64,000 bases of DNA from an uncultured Gemmatimonadales bacterium. Lineage in GTDB: Bacteria; Gemmatimonadota; Gemmatimonadetes; Longimicrobiales; RSA9. Below are positions 10,062 through 20,435 of the stretch, in pieces. The translations under genes and the position numbers were made by a program. The stretch covers positions 480,001 through 544,000 of the forward strand of contig CAWCUS010000002.1 of NCBI GenBank assembly GCA_963798845.1. The letters are read 5' to 3'. The first letter of the stretch is position 1; each line of letters opens with the position of its first letter. Below the pieces are notes generated by a model. It made no database searches. It was not told the origin of the DNA and saw only the letters and a list, made by a program, of their open reading frames with translations.

Positions 10062-11738
10062 CTAGCGAGCGCCGCGGAGGAAGAAGGGCTCGAGGAAGCG
10101 GAAGGCATCGTCGTGCGGCGCCGGCTCGGCCCCGGCGTTCACGTCCAGGCGCATGACGCGCACCGTGTCGCCCGCGAACGCCCGCGGCCAGCGTGGGAGG
10201 CCGGTTCCGCCCGGCTGGTTCGGATCCCCGGTCTTCACGAAGTTGGCGAAGTACGTCTGCATGAGCTCGGAGAGCGCGTGATCCTCCGCCGTCCACGCGT
10301 AGACCTCGTTCGTGGCCAGGTTGCCCAGGGCGTACTCGATCTCCGACGAGTGCACGGCGCCGCGAGCGGGCGGCGGCGCCTCTTCGGTGCGGCCGGGCGG
10401 ACGCGGGCGCGCGAACAGGTAGCGGTACACGGGAGCGTCCCCGCCCGTGCGGCCATGGAGCTGGGCCCATTTCCACGTGCTGAAGCTTATGAAGCGGGCG
10501 CCGGCGAGGAAGGTGGCCGACTCCATCACCTGCTCCGGCGTGCCGCCCGGCAGGAGCCGGAGCAGGGCATCGGTGCTGTCCCCGAGCACCTGGCGAACCA
10601 CTGAATCGTAGCGCGCGGGCGACGGCTCGTCCGTCCCGAGGATCGCTCGCCAGCCCCCCTCCTCCGTGTTCCACCCCACGAGCAGCGGGATCGCGGCCTG
10701 GTCTCCCGATGCCAGGATCTCCGCGGGCGGCCGGGGAAGGAAGAAGCCGTCGACCACCGGGGGGAAGCCGCCGACGCCGGGCTGCCCCGTGGCTCGCAGC
10801 AGGCTGTCGGCAGGGACTCGACGCAGCTCGGCGAGCGACGTCGTCCCCAGGGCCCTCGCGAACGCCTCGCCCTTCGCCTCGGCGTCCGCCAGCGGCACCG
10901 GCGCGGAGGTAGGTCGGATCATCGCACCGCTCTCGCCGATGGCGCCCGCCAGGAGGTCGCGGGAGAGCGGCGACGTCATGAGCGCGCTCACGGAGATCGA
11001 GCCGGCGGACTCACCGCCGATGGTCACCCTCTCCGGGTCGCCGCCGAACGCGGCGATGTTGCGCCGGACCCAGCGGAGCGCTGCCACCTGGTCGAGAAAA
11101 GCGTAATTGCCTGAAGCGTGACGCGTCGACTCGGCGGTGAGCGCGGGGTGCGCCAGGAGGCCGAAGACGTCGAGGCGGTAGTTGGTCGTGACGACGACCA
11201 GCCCCCGCCGGGCGAGGCTCTCCCCATCATAGCGCAGCTCCGAGCCGTCCCCCGCGATCATCCCGCCGCCGTAGAAGTAGACCAGAACCGGCAGGCGCGC
11301 GTCTGCGGCGGCTGCGGAGGTCCAGACGTTCAGGTACAGGCAGTCCTCGCTCATGCCGTTCGAGCGGAAGACCATGTCGCCGAACACCGGCCGCTGCATG
11401 CACCGCGGGCCGAAGCGGTCGGCGTTCCGGACGCCGCTCCACGCGGGAGGGGGCTGCGGCGGACGCCAGCGGAGTTCGCCCACGGGCGGCGCCGCGAAGG
11501 GGATGCCGCGGAAGGTGCGGACGCGAGCGTCGCTGGACCTCGTCCCGGCCAGGAGCCCGCCCGCGACGCGCACGGTGTCTCCGGCGGCGAAGCCGGACGC
11601 GGCGCCCGCTCCGCCAGGCTGGGGGCCCTCGGTGGCGGGCGGCGAGCCTTCGCGGGCGGCGCAGCCGCCGATGGACGCGAGCACGGCGGCGCCGAGGAGG
11701 AGGCGTGCGGAGCAGGCCGGGGCCCGGGGCGTGGCCAT
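10062..11738 (-). CDS. Type-B carboxylesterase/lipase, probable lipoprotein
   Basis: GIPFAAPPVGELRW, SEDCLYLNVW, GESAG, HSSEIEY. Confidence 0.93.
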   Translation of the reverse strand: MATPRAPACSARLLLGAAVLASIGGCAAREGSPPATEGPQPGGAGAASGFAAGDTVRVAGGLLAGTRSSDARVRTFRGIPFAAPPVGELRWRPPQPPPAWSGVRNADRFGPRCMQRPVFGDMVFRSNGMSEDCLYLNVWTSAAAADARLPVLVYFYGGGMIAGDGSELRYDGESLARRGLVVVTTNYRLDVFGLLAHPALTAESTRHASGNYAFLDQVAALRWVRRNIAAFGGDPERVTIGGESAGSISVSALMTSPLSRDLLAGAIGESGAMIRPTSAPVPLADAEAKGEAFARALGTTSLAELRRVPADSLLRATGQPGVGGFPPVVDGFFLPRPPAEILASGDQAAIPLLVGWNTEEGGWRAILGTDEPSPARYDSVVRQVLGDSTDALLRLLPGGTPEQVMESATFLAGARFISFSTWKWAQLHGRTGGDAPVYRYLFARPRPPGRTEEAPPPARGAVHSSEIEYALGNLATNEVYAWTAEDHALSELMQTYFANFVKTGDPNQPGGTGLPRWPRAFAGDTVRVMRLDVNAGAEPAPHDDAFRFLEPFFLRGAR

Positions 11739-11746
11739 GCCCGGCG

Positions 11747-13931
11747 TCAGTAGGCGGCCAGCTCGCGGATCGCGGCCAGCACCTTCTCCGCGTCCGGGAG
11801 GATGGCGGCTTCGAGCTGGGGCGCGTAGGCCACCCACGTGTCCAGGCTGGCGACCCGCTTCACGGGGCCATCCAGCCACTCGAAGAGGTCACTGGCGAGG
11901 CGGGCGCTGATCTCGCTGCCGATTCCCCAGCTCAGGCTGTCCTCGTGGGCGACCACCACCTTGTTCGTTTTCCTCACGCTGGCGGCGACGGTCTCCATGT
12001 CCAGCGGGTTGAGCGAGCGGAGGTCGATCACCTCCACGCTGGTCCCGTCCTGGTCCTCCGCCATCCGGGCCGCGTCCAGCGACCGCTTCACCACCGCGCC
12101 GCAGGTCACGACCGTCAGATCCGTCCCTTCCCGCACCACCTTCGCCTTCCCGAACGGGATCATGAAGTCGGGCCCCGGATACGGGCTCTTGTTGTACACC
12201 TGCCGGTAGAGGTGCTTGTGCTCGAGGAAGATGACCGGGTCCTCGGAGCGGATGGCCGTGCGCAGGAGGCCGGCGGCGTCCAGCGCCGTGGACGGCATGA
12301 CCACGCGCAGCCCGGGGGAGTGCGTGAACAGCGTCTCCCCCGTCTGGCTGTGGTAGATGGCGCCTCCCTTCAGGTAGCCGCCGTACGTGACGCGGACGAC
12401 CACCGGGGCGGCCCAGCTGCCGGCGCTCCGGTAGCGCATGGTGGCCAGCTCGTTGCGCAGCTGCTGGAACGCCGGCCAGATGTAGTCGAAGAACTGGATT
12501 TCCACGACCGGCTTGACTCCCCGCACCGCCATGCCGATGGCCCTGCCCACGATGTTGGCCTCCGCCAGCGGCGAGTTGAACACGCGCGTCCCGCCGAACT
12601 TCTGCTGGAGCCCCCACGTGACCTTGAAGACCCCGCCTTTCCCCTTGCACTCGTCGAGCGCGTCCTCTCGGCTCGCGTCCGCAACGTCCTCGCCGAAGAG
12701 CACGATCCGCGGGTCGCGCGCCATCTCGTCGCGGAGGCAGGAGTTGAGGAGGTCCACCATGGTGGTCTCGTCCCCTTCGAATGCCGGCGAATCCTCAGTG
12801 TCGAACGCGGCCGACGTCGGGTCCACCTCCTCCGAGTACAGGAACTTCATCGCCGTCTCCGGCGCCGGTTGCGGCTGCTCGAGCGCGCGATCCGCTGCTT
12901 CGCCCACCTCGTCGCGGACCTCCTGCTCCAGCGTGTCCAGCTCCTCCGCCGTGGCGATCCCCTCGTCCTCCAGGTACTTCCGGAACGTCACCAGCGGGTC
13001 CCGCGTCGCCTCCGCCTCCCGCTCCTTCGACGTCCTGTACATCCGCTCGTCGTCGGACATGGAATGGGAGTACGGCCGGATCACATGGGCGTGCAGCAGC
13101 GCCGGCCCCTTCCGCTTCCGGCAGTGCTCCACCGCCTTCCTCGACGCTTCCAGGCTTTCCGGCAGGTCCGTGCCGTCGTACTCCTGGATGAACAGGTCCG
13201 GGAAGCCTTTCACCAGCGCGCTGATCTTCCCGCCGGCCGTGTTCACCTCCACCGGCACCGAGATCGCGTACCCGTTGTCCTCCACCAGGAACACGACGGG
13301 AAGCTTCAGGTTCGACGCCGTATTCAGCGCCTCCCAGAACTCCCCTTCCGACGTCTGGCCCTCGCCGGTGGTGCAGAGGACCACTTCATCGTCCTCGAAG
13401 GATTCGATCTCACCCCGCATCTCCTCCAGGAGGCCAGCCCGCCACGCACCCTCCGCCGTGCCGACGGCCTGCAGGCACTGCGTCCCCGTGGGCGACGACG
13501 TGCTCACGATACGCAGCTCCCGGTGGCCCCAGTGCGACGGCATTCTGGCGTCCACCGCTCGCCGGGTCCACTTCAGCCCCCACCGCCTGCAGCAGCTGCT
13601 CGTACGGCGTCACCCCGAGCGCCTGGCTCAACGCCCGGTCCCGGTAGTACAGGTAGGCCCAGTCCTTCCCCGGCCGCAGCCAGTGCGCCACCGCCACCTG
13701 CGCCGCCTCGTGGCCCGCGCCGGAGATCTGGAAGAAGATCTTGTTCTGCCGCTTCAGGCCGATCTCCTTGTCGTCCGTCCGCCGCGCGGCAAACATGGTC
13801 CGGTACAGCGAAAGCAGCGTCGACGCCTCCAACTCCTCGGGACGCCCGTTCCCGGACGACGACGTCGTCGCACCGGCCTTCCCGCCGCCTTCTCCGCTCT
13901 TCGTCCTGGCTTGCCTGGTGGCCATGCTCAT
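11747..13931 (-). CDS. Fused alpha/beta E1 subunit of a 2-oxoacid (branched-chain type) dehydrogenase, +1 frameshift at about 13543
   Basis: [28 protein letters not shown] split by an extra [36 protein letters not shown]. Confidence 0.9.
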
Positions 13932-14248
13932 CCGGGTTGAGTGGACAGAAACGCAAGATAACCGTTCTCGCGCGGGCCTCGCCACCGAGCCAAGCCTGCC
14001 CGGCGCGTCCGCGGGCCGCGGCAGAACTGTCGGAGCCGCGGCCGTGGCGAAGGGGAGCCGGGCGCGCGCCTCCGGGGCGTCCGGTCGGGACCTGCCAGGG
14101 CGGTGCAACATCGAGGCCCGGGGAGCCCATGTTGGCGGAAGCCGCGACCCGGCCGCCGGGGGTGATCCATCACATCCCTCGACCGGAATCACGGATTTCT
14201 GTATCTTGATGGTCGGGTCCCCTCCCCGGATCACCTCACAGACGAACC

Positions 14249-14524
14249 GTGCAAACCACGACGCCCACGAGGCTGCTGGCCTCCATGCTGGTGCGGCCGC
14301 ACGTGTGGATGGGGCTGGTCCGTGCCGGCTGGCGGTTCCGGAGCCGCGGCTGGTGGCGTCGATTGCCGTTCCTCCCATTGCCGCCGCGTGAATACCTGCT
14401 CTGGCGGCTTCACACCGCGTACGGGGAAGAAGGACGCGCGCCGACGGCGGGAGAAGTGGCGCGGTACGTGACGTGGGCCAACCGGATGCACGGCACGCGA
14501 CGAGCGGGAGTGCGAGCGCGATGA
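14249..14524 (+). CDS. Small hypothetical protein
   Basis: Protein-like Trp/Arg-rich ORF (WWRRLPFLPLPPREYLLWRLHTAYG); stop overlaps the next start (ATGA). Confidence 0.65.
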   Translation: MQTTTPTRLLASMLVRPHVWMGLVRAGWRFRSRGWWRRLPFLPLPPREYLLWRLHTAYGEEGRAPTAGEVARYVTWANRMHGTRRAGVRAR

Positions 14525-14967
14525 AGCGATTATTCCTGCTGATCCTGCTCCTCGGCCTGGCCACCGTCACGGTCCCGCCGCTCCGGCAGCGGGCCGAGCC
14601 CCATCTGAACGTGTTCCGGGTGTGGCTCGGCGACAAGCTCGAAGGTCCGATGTCGCCAGTGCTGACGCCGGTCCGCCAGATCAAGGGGCAGTCGGAGATC
14701 GGACAGTTCATCTCGAAGATGACTTCAGACCGGAACCGGGGGACCCCGCCGCCGCGGCCGAACGATTTCACCAACTACCTGGTCGGTCGCCGGCTGAGCG
14801 AGGACGGGCTGGACCCCTGGGGGCTCCCGTACGTGGTGCAGCAGCGCCGGGACAGCCTGTACGTGGTCTCTGCGGGGCCCGACGTGGATTACGGCACGGA
14901 GGACGACCTCCGCCAGGGAATGCGGTACGCCCCCCCACGGACGGTGCGCCCCATGATCCGGCGGTAG
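14521..14967 (+). CDS. Membrane-anchored protein with a GspG/T2SS pseudopilin-like C-terminal motif
   Basis: Hydrophobic N-terminus; DPWGLPY...VVSAGPD..YGTEDDL motif. Confidence 0.65.
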   Translation: MKRLFLLILLLGLATVTVPPLRQRAEPHLNVFRVWLGDKLEGPMSPVLTPVRQIKGQSEIGQFISKMTSDRNRGTPPPRPNDFTNYLVGRRLSEDGLDPWGLPYVVQQRRDSLYVVSAGPDVDYGTEDDLRQGMRYAPPRTVRPMIRR

Positions 14968-14970
14968 GCA

Positions 14971-16230
14971 GTGTTCCGGGTCGGGCTGACGGGGAACGTA
15001 GCCAGCGGGAAGTCGTCGGTCGCCCGGGAGTGGTCGCGCCTGGGCGCGTCGGTGATCGACGCCGACGCTCTTGCCCGGCGCGCGGTGGAGCCCGGCTCGG
15101 CCGGCCTGGAACGGGTGCGCGAAGCGTTCGGCGACCAGGTCATCCGGGACGGGCAGCTGGACCGCGCGGCACTGCGTCGTCTGGTCTTCGCCGATGAGCA
15201 GGCGCGCCGGCGCCTGGAAGCGATCGTCCATCCGGAGGTCGGGCGTCTGCGAGCAGTGGAGGAAGCGCGGCTCGCAGAGCGCGGCCGGGAGATCGTGATC
15301 CACGACATCCCCCTCCTCTTCGAGGTCGGGCTCTCGGACGAGTTCGACATGATCGTGCTGGTGGACGCGCCCGCCGAGGTGCGCGCGCGCCGTCTGGCGA
15401 GAGAGCGCGGTCTGACCGGGGAGGAGATCCGGGCGGTGATGCGCTCGCAGATGCCGGCCTCGGGGAAGCGCGGAAGGGCCGACATCATCATCCCGAACGA
15501 GGGCTCGGTCGAGGAGCTGGGAGAGTCGGCGAGGCGGGTGTGGCGCGAGATCGTGAGACGGTCCGGCCGTCGCGGCGCCTCCGCGGCGGGGACGATCCGC
15601 GTGGACATGCACGTGCACACCCGGCTCTCGTTCGACTGCCGGAGCCGTCCGGATGCGGTAGTGAAGCGGACGCTGGAGGTGGGGCTCGGGCGCGTCTGCA
15701 TCACGGACCACAACGAGATCGAGGCCGCGCTGGACCTGCACGCCCGCTATCCGGACCGGGTGATCCCGGGCGAGGAGGTGAAGACGGCGGAGGGTGTGGA
15801 CGTGGTGGGGCTCTACCTCTCGGAATGGATCCCGAAGGGAACCCCGGCGCGCGAGACGTGCGAGCGCATCCACGAGCAGGGCGGGCTGGTGTACGTCCCG
15901 CACCCGTTCGCGGGCGGGAAGGGGGGCGGTGGCCGGATCCTCCCCATCATCCAGGATCTCGTGGACGCGGTGGAGGGGTTCAACGCGCGGCTGCACGACC
16001 AGTCGCTGAACGAGCGCGCCAGCGACTGGGCGCGGCAGCGCGGCCTCCCCACCGGCGCCGGCTCTGACGCCCATACGCTCTCGGAAGTGGGCCGCGCGTA
16101 CGTCGAGGTCCCCGCCTTCAACAACGACGCCCCCTCCTTCCTTGCCGCCCTCGGGCGGGGCACCGTGCACGGACGGGAATCGTCGCGCCTCGTGCACGTG
16201 GCCTCCACCGTGGCCAAGGTGCTGCCCTGA
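14971..16230 (+). CDS. coaE: Dephospho-CoA kinase fused to a PHP-family phosphoesterase domain
   Basis: GLTGNVASGKS, IDAD, IVHP, DIPLLFE; C-terminal DMHVHT, ITDHN, PHPF, GSDAH. Confidence 0.88.
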   Translation: MFRVGLTGNVASGKSSVAREWSRLGASVIDADALARRAVEPGSAGLERVREAFGDQVIRDGQLDRAALRRLVFADEQARRRLEAIVHPEVGRLRAVEEARLAERGREIVIHDIPLLFEVGLSDEFDMIVLVDAPAEVRARRLARERGLTGEEIRAVMRSQMPASGKRGRADIIIPNEGSVEELGESARRVWREIVRRSGRRGASAAGTIRVDMHVHTRLSFDCRSRPDAVVKRTLEVGLGRVCITDHNEIEAALDLHARYPDRVIPGEEVKTAEGVDVVGLYLSEWIPKGTPARETCERIHEQGGLVYVPHPFAGGKGGGGRILPIIQDLVDAVEGFNARLHDQSLNERASDWARQRGLPTGAGSDAHTLSEVGRAYVEVPAFNNDAPSFLAALGRGTVHGRESSRLVHVASTVAKVLP

Positions 16231-16272
16231 GCCACCTTGCCGGCCACCCCCGGGTTCCGGTAGAGTTGCCAC

Positions 16273-17346
16273 GTGACTGACCCTAATCCGGCGGCAACTC
16301 CGATCCAGGACATTCTCGCCCTCCCGGCCAGCCGGCGTGCGGCGCTGCTCCGGCTGATCCCGCTGCTCGACGCGGCCACCGACGTGGTGTTGACCACGCA
16401 TGTCAACGCCGACGGCGATGGCGCGGGGTCCGAGGCCGCGCTGGCCGCGTGGCTGCTCGGCCGGGGCAAGCGCGTTTCCATCGCCAACCCCACGCCCTTC
16501 CCCGACCGTTTCACGTACATGCTCCCCGACGGCGTGGAGGTGCTGCGCCCCGGCACGGAGCTGGACGCCCGGGTCCGCGGCGCCGACCTGCTGGTGGTGC
16601 TGGACACGGGCGAGACCGGGCGCATCGGTCGCGTCGCCAAGGGGGTGCGCGACGACGCCGTCGTCGTGATCGACCACCACCCCGCGGGCGAGGGCGCCAT
16701 CGCCGGCCCCGGCGTTCGCGACCCGTCCGCGTGCGCCACGGGAGAGCTCGTGTACGACCTGTTCCTCACGGCTGGCGCGCGCGATTGGAGCCAGCCGATG
16801 CTCGAGGGACTGTACGCCGCCATCGAGACGGACACCGGGTCGTTCCGGTTCGCCAACACCACCGCCCGAACGCACGGCATCGCAGCCGACCTCGTGCGCC
16901 GCGGCATCGACCCCGAACGAGTGTACCGCCGCCTCCACGCCACTGTCCCGCTCGAGCGAATCCGCATGCTGCGGCTCGCCCTCGAGCACCTGGACACCGA
17001 CGAACTCCTCCCGATCACGTGGATCAGCATCCCCCGCGAGGTCACCCACGAGATGGGCGCCACCGCCGACGACCTTGACGACGTCGCCGAATACGCTCGC
17101 AACATCGAAGGCACCGAGGTGGCCCTCGTCTTCCGCGAGACGCTCGACGGCTCGACCAAGATCTCGTTCCGCTCCAACGGCGAGGTGGACGTCAACGCCA
17201 TCGCCCGGGAGTTCGGCGGCGGAGGCCACGTGAAAGCCGCCGGCGCCCTCGTCGGCGGGCCCGTCCAGGCGACCCGCCCCCGCGTCCTCGACGCCACTCG
17301 TCGTGCCGTGCGCGACACCCTCGGCCCCGACCCGCTCGCCGGATGA
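16273..17346 (+). CDS. nrnA: Bifunctional oligoribonuclease/PAP phosphatase (DHH-DHHA1)
   Basis: HVNADGDGAGS, IDHH, TDTGSFRF, SFRS, GGGGHVKAAG. Confidence 0.88.
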   Translation: MTDPNPAATPIQDILALPASRRAALLRLIPLLDAATDVVLTTHVNADGDGAGSEAALAAWLLGRGKRVSIANPTPFPDRFTYMLPDGVEVLRPGTELDARVRGADLLVVLDTGETGRIGRVAKGVRDDAVVVIDHHPAGEGAIAGPGVRDPSACATGELVYDLFLTAGARDWSQPMLEGLYAAIETDTGSFRFANTTARTHGIAADLVRRGIDPERVYRRLHATVPLERIRMLRLALEHLDTDELLPITWISIPREVTHEMGATADDLDDVAEYARNIEGTEVALVFRETLDGSTKISFRSNGEVDVNAIAREFGGGGHVKAAGALVGGPVQATRPRVLDATRRAVRDTLGPDPLAG

Positions 17347-18008
17347 GCACCGGCAACCCCCAGCCGCCGACGCCGGACCCCGCACGCGAGGACCCCGACG
17401 CGCGCCTCGCCCGCATCCTCGCCGAGCACGCTCTCACCGGCGATGCCGTCGCCCCCGAAGCACCGGCCCAGGAGGAAGGGAGCCACCCCGATCCGCTCAT
17501 AGACCCCCTCGCCGCCGCCGACTCGGAGCACCGCGCCGGTCACCCCACCGAGGACTCCGCGACCGGTGACGCCACGCGTGACGCCCCGCTTTTCAGGCTC
17601 CTGTCTCTCGTCGAGGCGGAGGTCGGCGTCGAGCGCATCGACCGCGTCTGGCTCTTTCCGCCACGCCGCATCCAGGCCGGCGAAACGTCCGTGGTGGTCG
17701 TCGCGGCGTATGCAGACCCCGCCGGCGACCGCCGCCGCGTGCTCGCCGCACACTACACGGCCCCCGCCGACGCGCCCGAGCCCCGACTCCGACTCGACGA
17801 GTTCGGATCCGCGCCGGCCGATCGCCTCGGCCGCATGGTGGAGGAGGCCGTCGAGCGCCTCAAGGAGGACCTCGGCGCCGCTCCCCGCGCCGTCCGGATC
17901 GACGGCGATCTCGCGCGCTGGCTCGCCATGGTCCACGAGCTCGCCGAGCGCCACCTCGAAGAGGCCATGAACCCGCCGCGCCGCCGGCGGTACCAGGTGG
18001 GAGGATGA
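17343..18008 (+). CDS. Hypothetical protein
   Basis: Start overlaps the nrnA stop (ATGA); globular-looking C-terminal half (IDRVWLFPPRR). Confidence 0.65.
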   Translation: MSTGNPQPPTPDPAREDPDARLARILAEHALTGDAVAPEAPAQEEGSHPDPLIDPLAAADSEHRAGHPTEDSATGDATRDAPLFRLLSLVEAEVGVERIDRVWLFPPRRIQAGETSVVVVAAYADPAGDRRRVLAAHYTAPADAPEPRLRLDEFGSAPADRLGRMVEEAVERLKEDLGAAPRAVRIDGDLARWLAMVHELAERHLEEAMNPPRRRRYQVGG

Positions 18009-18099
18009 CCCATATCACGACGCCGCGACGCCGCCTCCTCGCCCCCCGGGGCTTCGGCCCCGGGGCCGCGTCCGATTGCGTGGCGGCGGGCGATCCGCT

Positions 18100-18118
18100 A
18101 TCAATAATGAATATTGAT
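18100..18118. promoter_or_regulatory. Fur-family operator-like palindrome upstream of fur
   Basis: ATCAATA-ATGAA-TATTGAT, an AT-rich inverted repeat in GC-rich context 17 bp before the ATG. Confidence 0.6.
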
Positions 18119-18135
18119 TAACGGGGTGCGGCACC

Positions 18136-18615
18136 ATGAGCTACGTCCATCTGTTCAGACGGTACCTGAGGGAGCAGGGGCTTCCGGTCACACAGCAGCG
18201 GGAGGCTGTGGCGGAAGTGGTGTTCTCGACCGAGGGGCACCTGTCGGTGGAGGACATCGAGGCGCGGCTGCGGGAGCGCGGGGAGAAGACCGGGAAGGCG
18301 ACGGTCTACCGCACGATGGAGATGCTGGTGAAGAGCGGGCTGGTGGCGGAGCGGGATTTCGGGGAGGGGTTCAAGCGGTACGAGCATCTGTTCGGCGCGA
18401 TGCCGGTGCACGGGCATTTGATCTGTGAGGAGTGCGGGGAGGTTTCCGAGATCCAGGCGGAAGAGTTGAAGGAGGTGCAGGACCGGGTGGCGCGTGAAGC
18501 GGGTTTTACGCCGCAGCGGTACCGGGTGGAGATTTATGGTCTGTGCGCGAAGTGCAGGGACGCGGGAAAGCGGCTGGAGTGGAAGGGCCTGAGCTGTCCG
18601 ATCGAGACGGTGTAG
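18136..18615 (+). CDS. fur: Fur-family transcriptional regulator
   Basis: TQQREAV, HLSVEDI, ATVYRTM, HGHLICEECG, YGLCAKC. Confidence 0.92.
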   Translation: MSYVHLFRRYLREQGLPVTQQREAVAEVVFSTEGHLSVEDIEARLRERGEKTGKATVYRTMEMLVKSGLVAERDFGEGFKRYEHLFGAMPVHGHLICEECGEVSEIQAEELKEVQDRVAREAGFTPQRYRVEIYGLCAKCRDAGKRLEWKGLSCPIETV

Positions 18616-18737
18616 CGCGGTCTGGCGCCCGCGCGTGTCGCGCCTGAAGGAGCGTCTCCTGGCTGGCCCCCTGCTTGCGTCCGGCGGCCCCCACATTACC
18701 TTCCCGCAAAGAACAGGGGCCACAGACGGAACAGTCA

Positions 18738-19301
18738 ATGCCGATCCAGACGCAGCACTTCGTGCCATCCCAGGGATTCATGACCACGGGAGTCGGCTAC
18801 GCCAAGGAAAAGCTCACGAGTTTCGAGGAAGCGCTGCGGGACGCGGGGATCGCGAGCTACAACCTGGTGAGGGTCTCGAGCATCTTTCCGCCGAGGTGCG
18901 AGATCATACCGAAGGCTGAGGGCCTGCAGCTGCTGCGGCCGGGGCAGATCCTGTTCTGTGTGCTGGCGGAGATGGCGACGAACGAGCCGGGTCGGCGGAT
19001 CGCATCGTCGATCGGGCTGGCGCTGCCGAAGGACCGGGATCACTACGGCTATATCTCGGAAGTCCACATGAACGGGCGGACATCCGACCAGGCGGGGGAG
19101 TACGCGGAGGACCTGGCGGCGTCGATGCTGGCCACCGTGCTGGGTGAGCCGTTCGACCCGGACGCGGCTTGGGACGCGCGCAAGGAGCAGTGGATGCTGG
19201 GCGGTAAGATCGTGCACACGCAGAACTTCGCCGCGGCCGCGCAGGGACCGGACGACGGCCACTGGGTCACCACGGTGGCGAGCGCGGTCTTCTGCGGCTG
19301 A
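18738..19301 (+). CDS. pdaD: Pyruvoyl-dependent arginine decarboxylase
   Basis: SFEEALRDAGIASYNLVRVSSIFPP self-cleavage motif, YGYISE; adjacent to agmatinase. Confidence 0.88.
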   Translation: MPIQTQHFVPSQGFMTTGVGYAKEKLTSFEEALRDAGIASYNLVRVSSIFPPRCEIIPKAEGLQLLRPGQILFCVLAEMATNEPGRRIASSIGLALPKDRDHYGYISEVHMNGRTSDQAGEYAEDLAASMLATVLGEPFDPDAAWDARKEQWMLGGKIVHTQNFAAAAQGPDDGHWVTTVASAVFCG

Positions 19302-19380
19302 CGAGGTGCCGAATCAGAGGAATGAAGGGGCTCCCGGTCGGGGGCCCCTCGTGCATCCGGAACCATGGGCTGGAGGGGTA

Positions 19381-20302
19381 ATGAACCTGCCGGAGTCGCT
19401 GCGCAGGCTGGCGTGGGAGCTGCCGCACAACTTCCTCGGGCTGGACGAGGAGGCGAGCGAGTTCGAGCATGCGCGCGCCGTGATCCTGCCGGTCCCGTAC
19501 GAGTCCACGACCAGCTACGGCGGTGGCACGGCGGCCGGCCCGGGTGCGATCCTGGAGGCCTCGCGCTACATCGAGCTGTACGACCAGGAGCTGCGGTCCG
19601 AGCCGTACGAGATGGGCATCGCGACACTCCCCCAGCTCCAGCTCACGGGGGCGGGCGCGGAAGCAGCGATCGCCGAGCTCCGGCAGGCGTACGACCGGCT
19701 CCTGGACACGGGCGAGGACCGGTTCATCGTGCTTCTGGGTGGGGAGCACAGCGTGTCGAGCGCCCCGATCTCCGCGTGGGCCGACCGGCTGGCTGCGCGG
19801 GGACGTCGGCTGAGCGTGCTCCAGCTCGACGCGCACACGGACCTGCGCCCCGAGTACGAGGGGACGGCGTACAGCCACGCGTCGGTGATGCACCGGGTGC
19901 ACGAGAACGTGGACCTGGTGGCGGTGGGGATCCGTGCCCTGACCGCGGACGAGGCGGAGCTGGTCGAGGCGAGGGAGAACCTGCACGTCTTCTACGCCGA
20001 TGACATCCACGGCTCCGAGAGCTGGATGGATCGGGTCGTGGAGCGGCTCGGGCCGGACGTCTACATCAGCTTCGACGTGGACGCATTCGACCCGAGCCTG
20101 GTTCCCTCCACCGGCACGCCCGAGCCCGGCGGCCTGACGTGGTACCCGGTCCTGAAGCTCCTGCGTCGCGTGTTCGAGGCGACGACGGTCGTCGCGGCCG
20201 ACGTCGTCGAGCTGGCTCCCATACCCGGCCTCCACGCGCCGGATTTCCTGGTGGCGAAGCTGGTCTACAAGAATGATCGGGTACCGGGGCTTGCCCCGCT
20301 GA
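19381..20302 (+). CDS. speB: Agmatinase, +1 frameshift at about 20272 near the C-terminus
   Basis: GGEHSV, LDAHTDL, SFDVDAFDPS, TGTPEPGG; VYK-(A)-MIGY restores the typical ending. Confidence 0.9.
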
Positions 20303-20435
20303 GCGCTGCGGTGCCGCGGCGAGGCGCCAGCTCGCCCGAAGCCGCGGGCAGCGCGGAGAACCGCCTGGCCGGGGTCCACGGGCGCAGCGGAAGCCGGCCG
20401 CTCCGATCCGCCGTCGTCGCCATCTCGGCTGCTCC

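Noticed and set aside
11747..13931. E1 alpha/beta fusion as a novelty, or the gene as a true pseudogene
   Set aside because: Fused E1 subunits are well known; the single extra A matches a recurrent probable sequencing error
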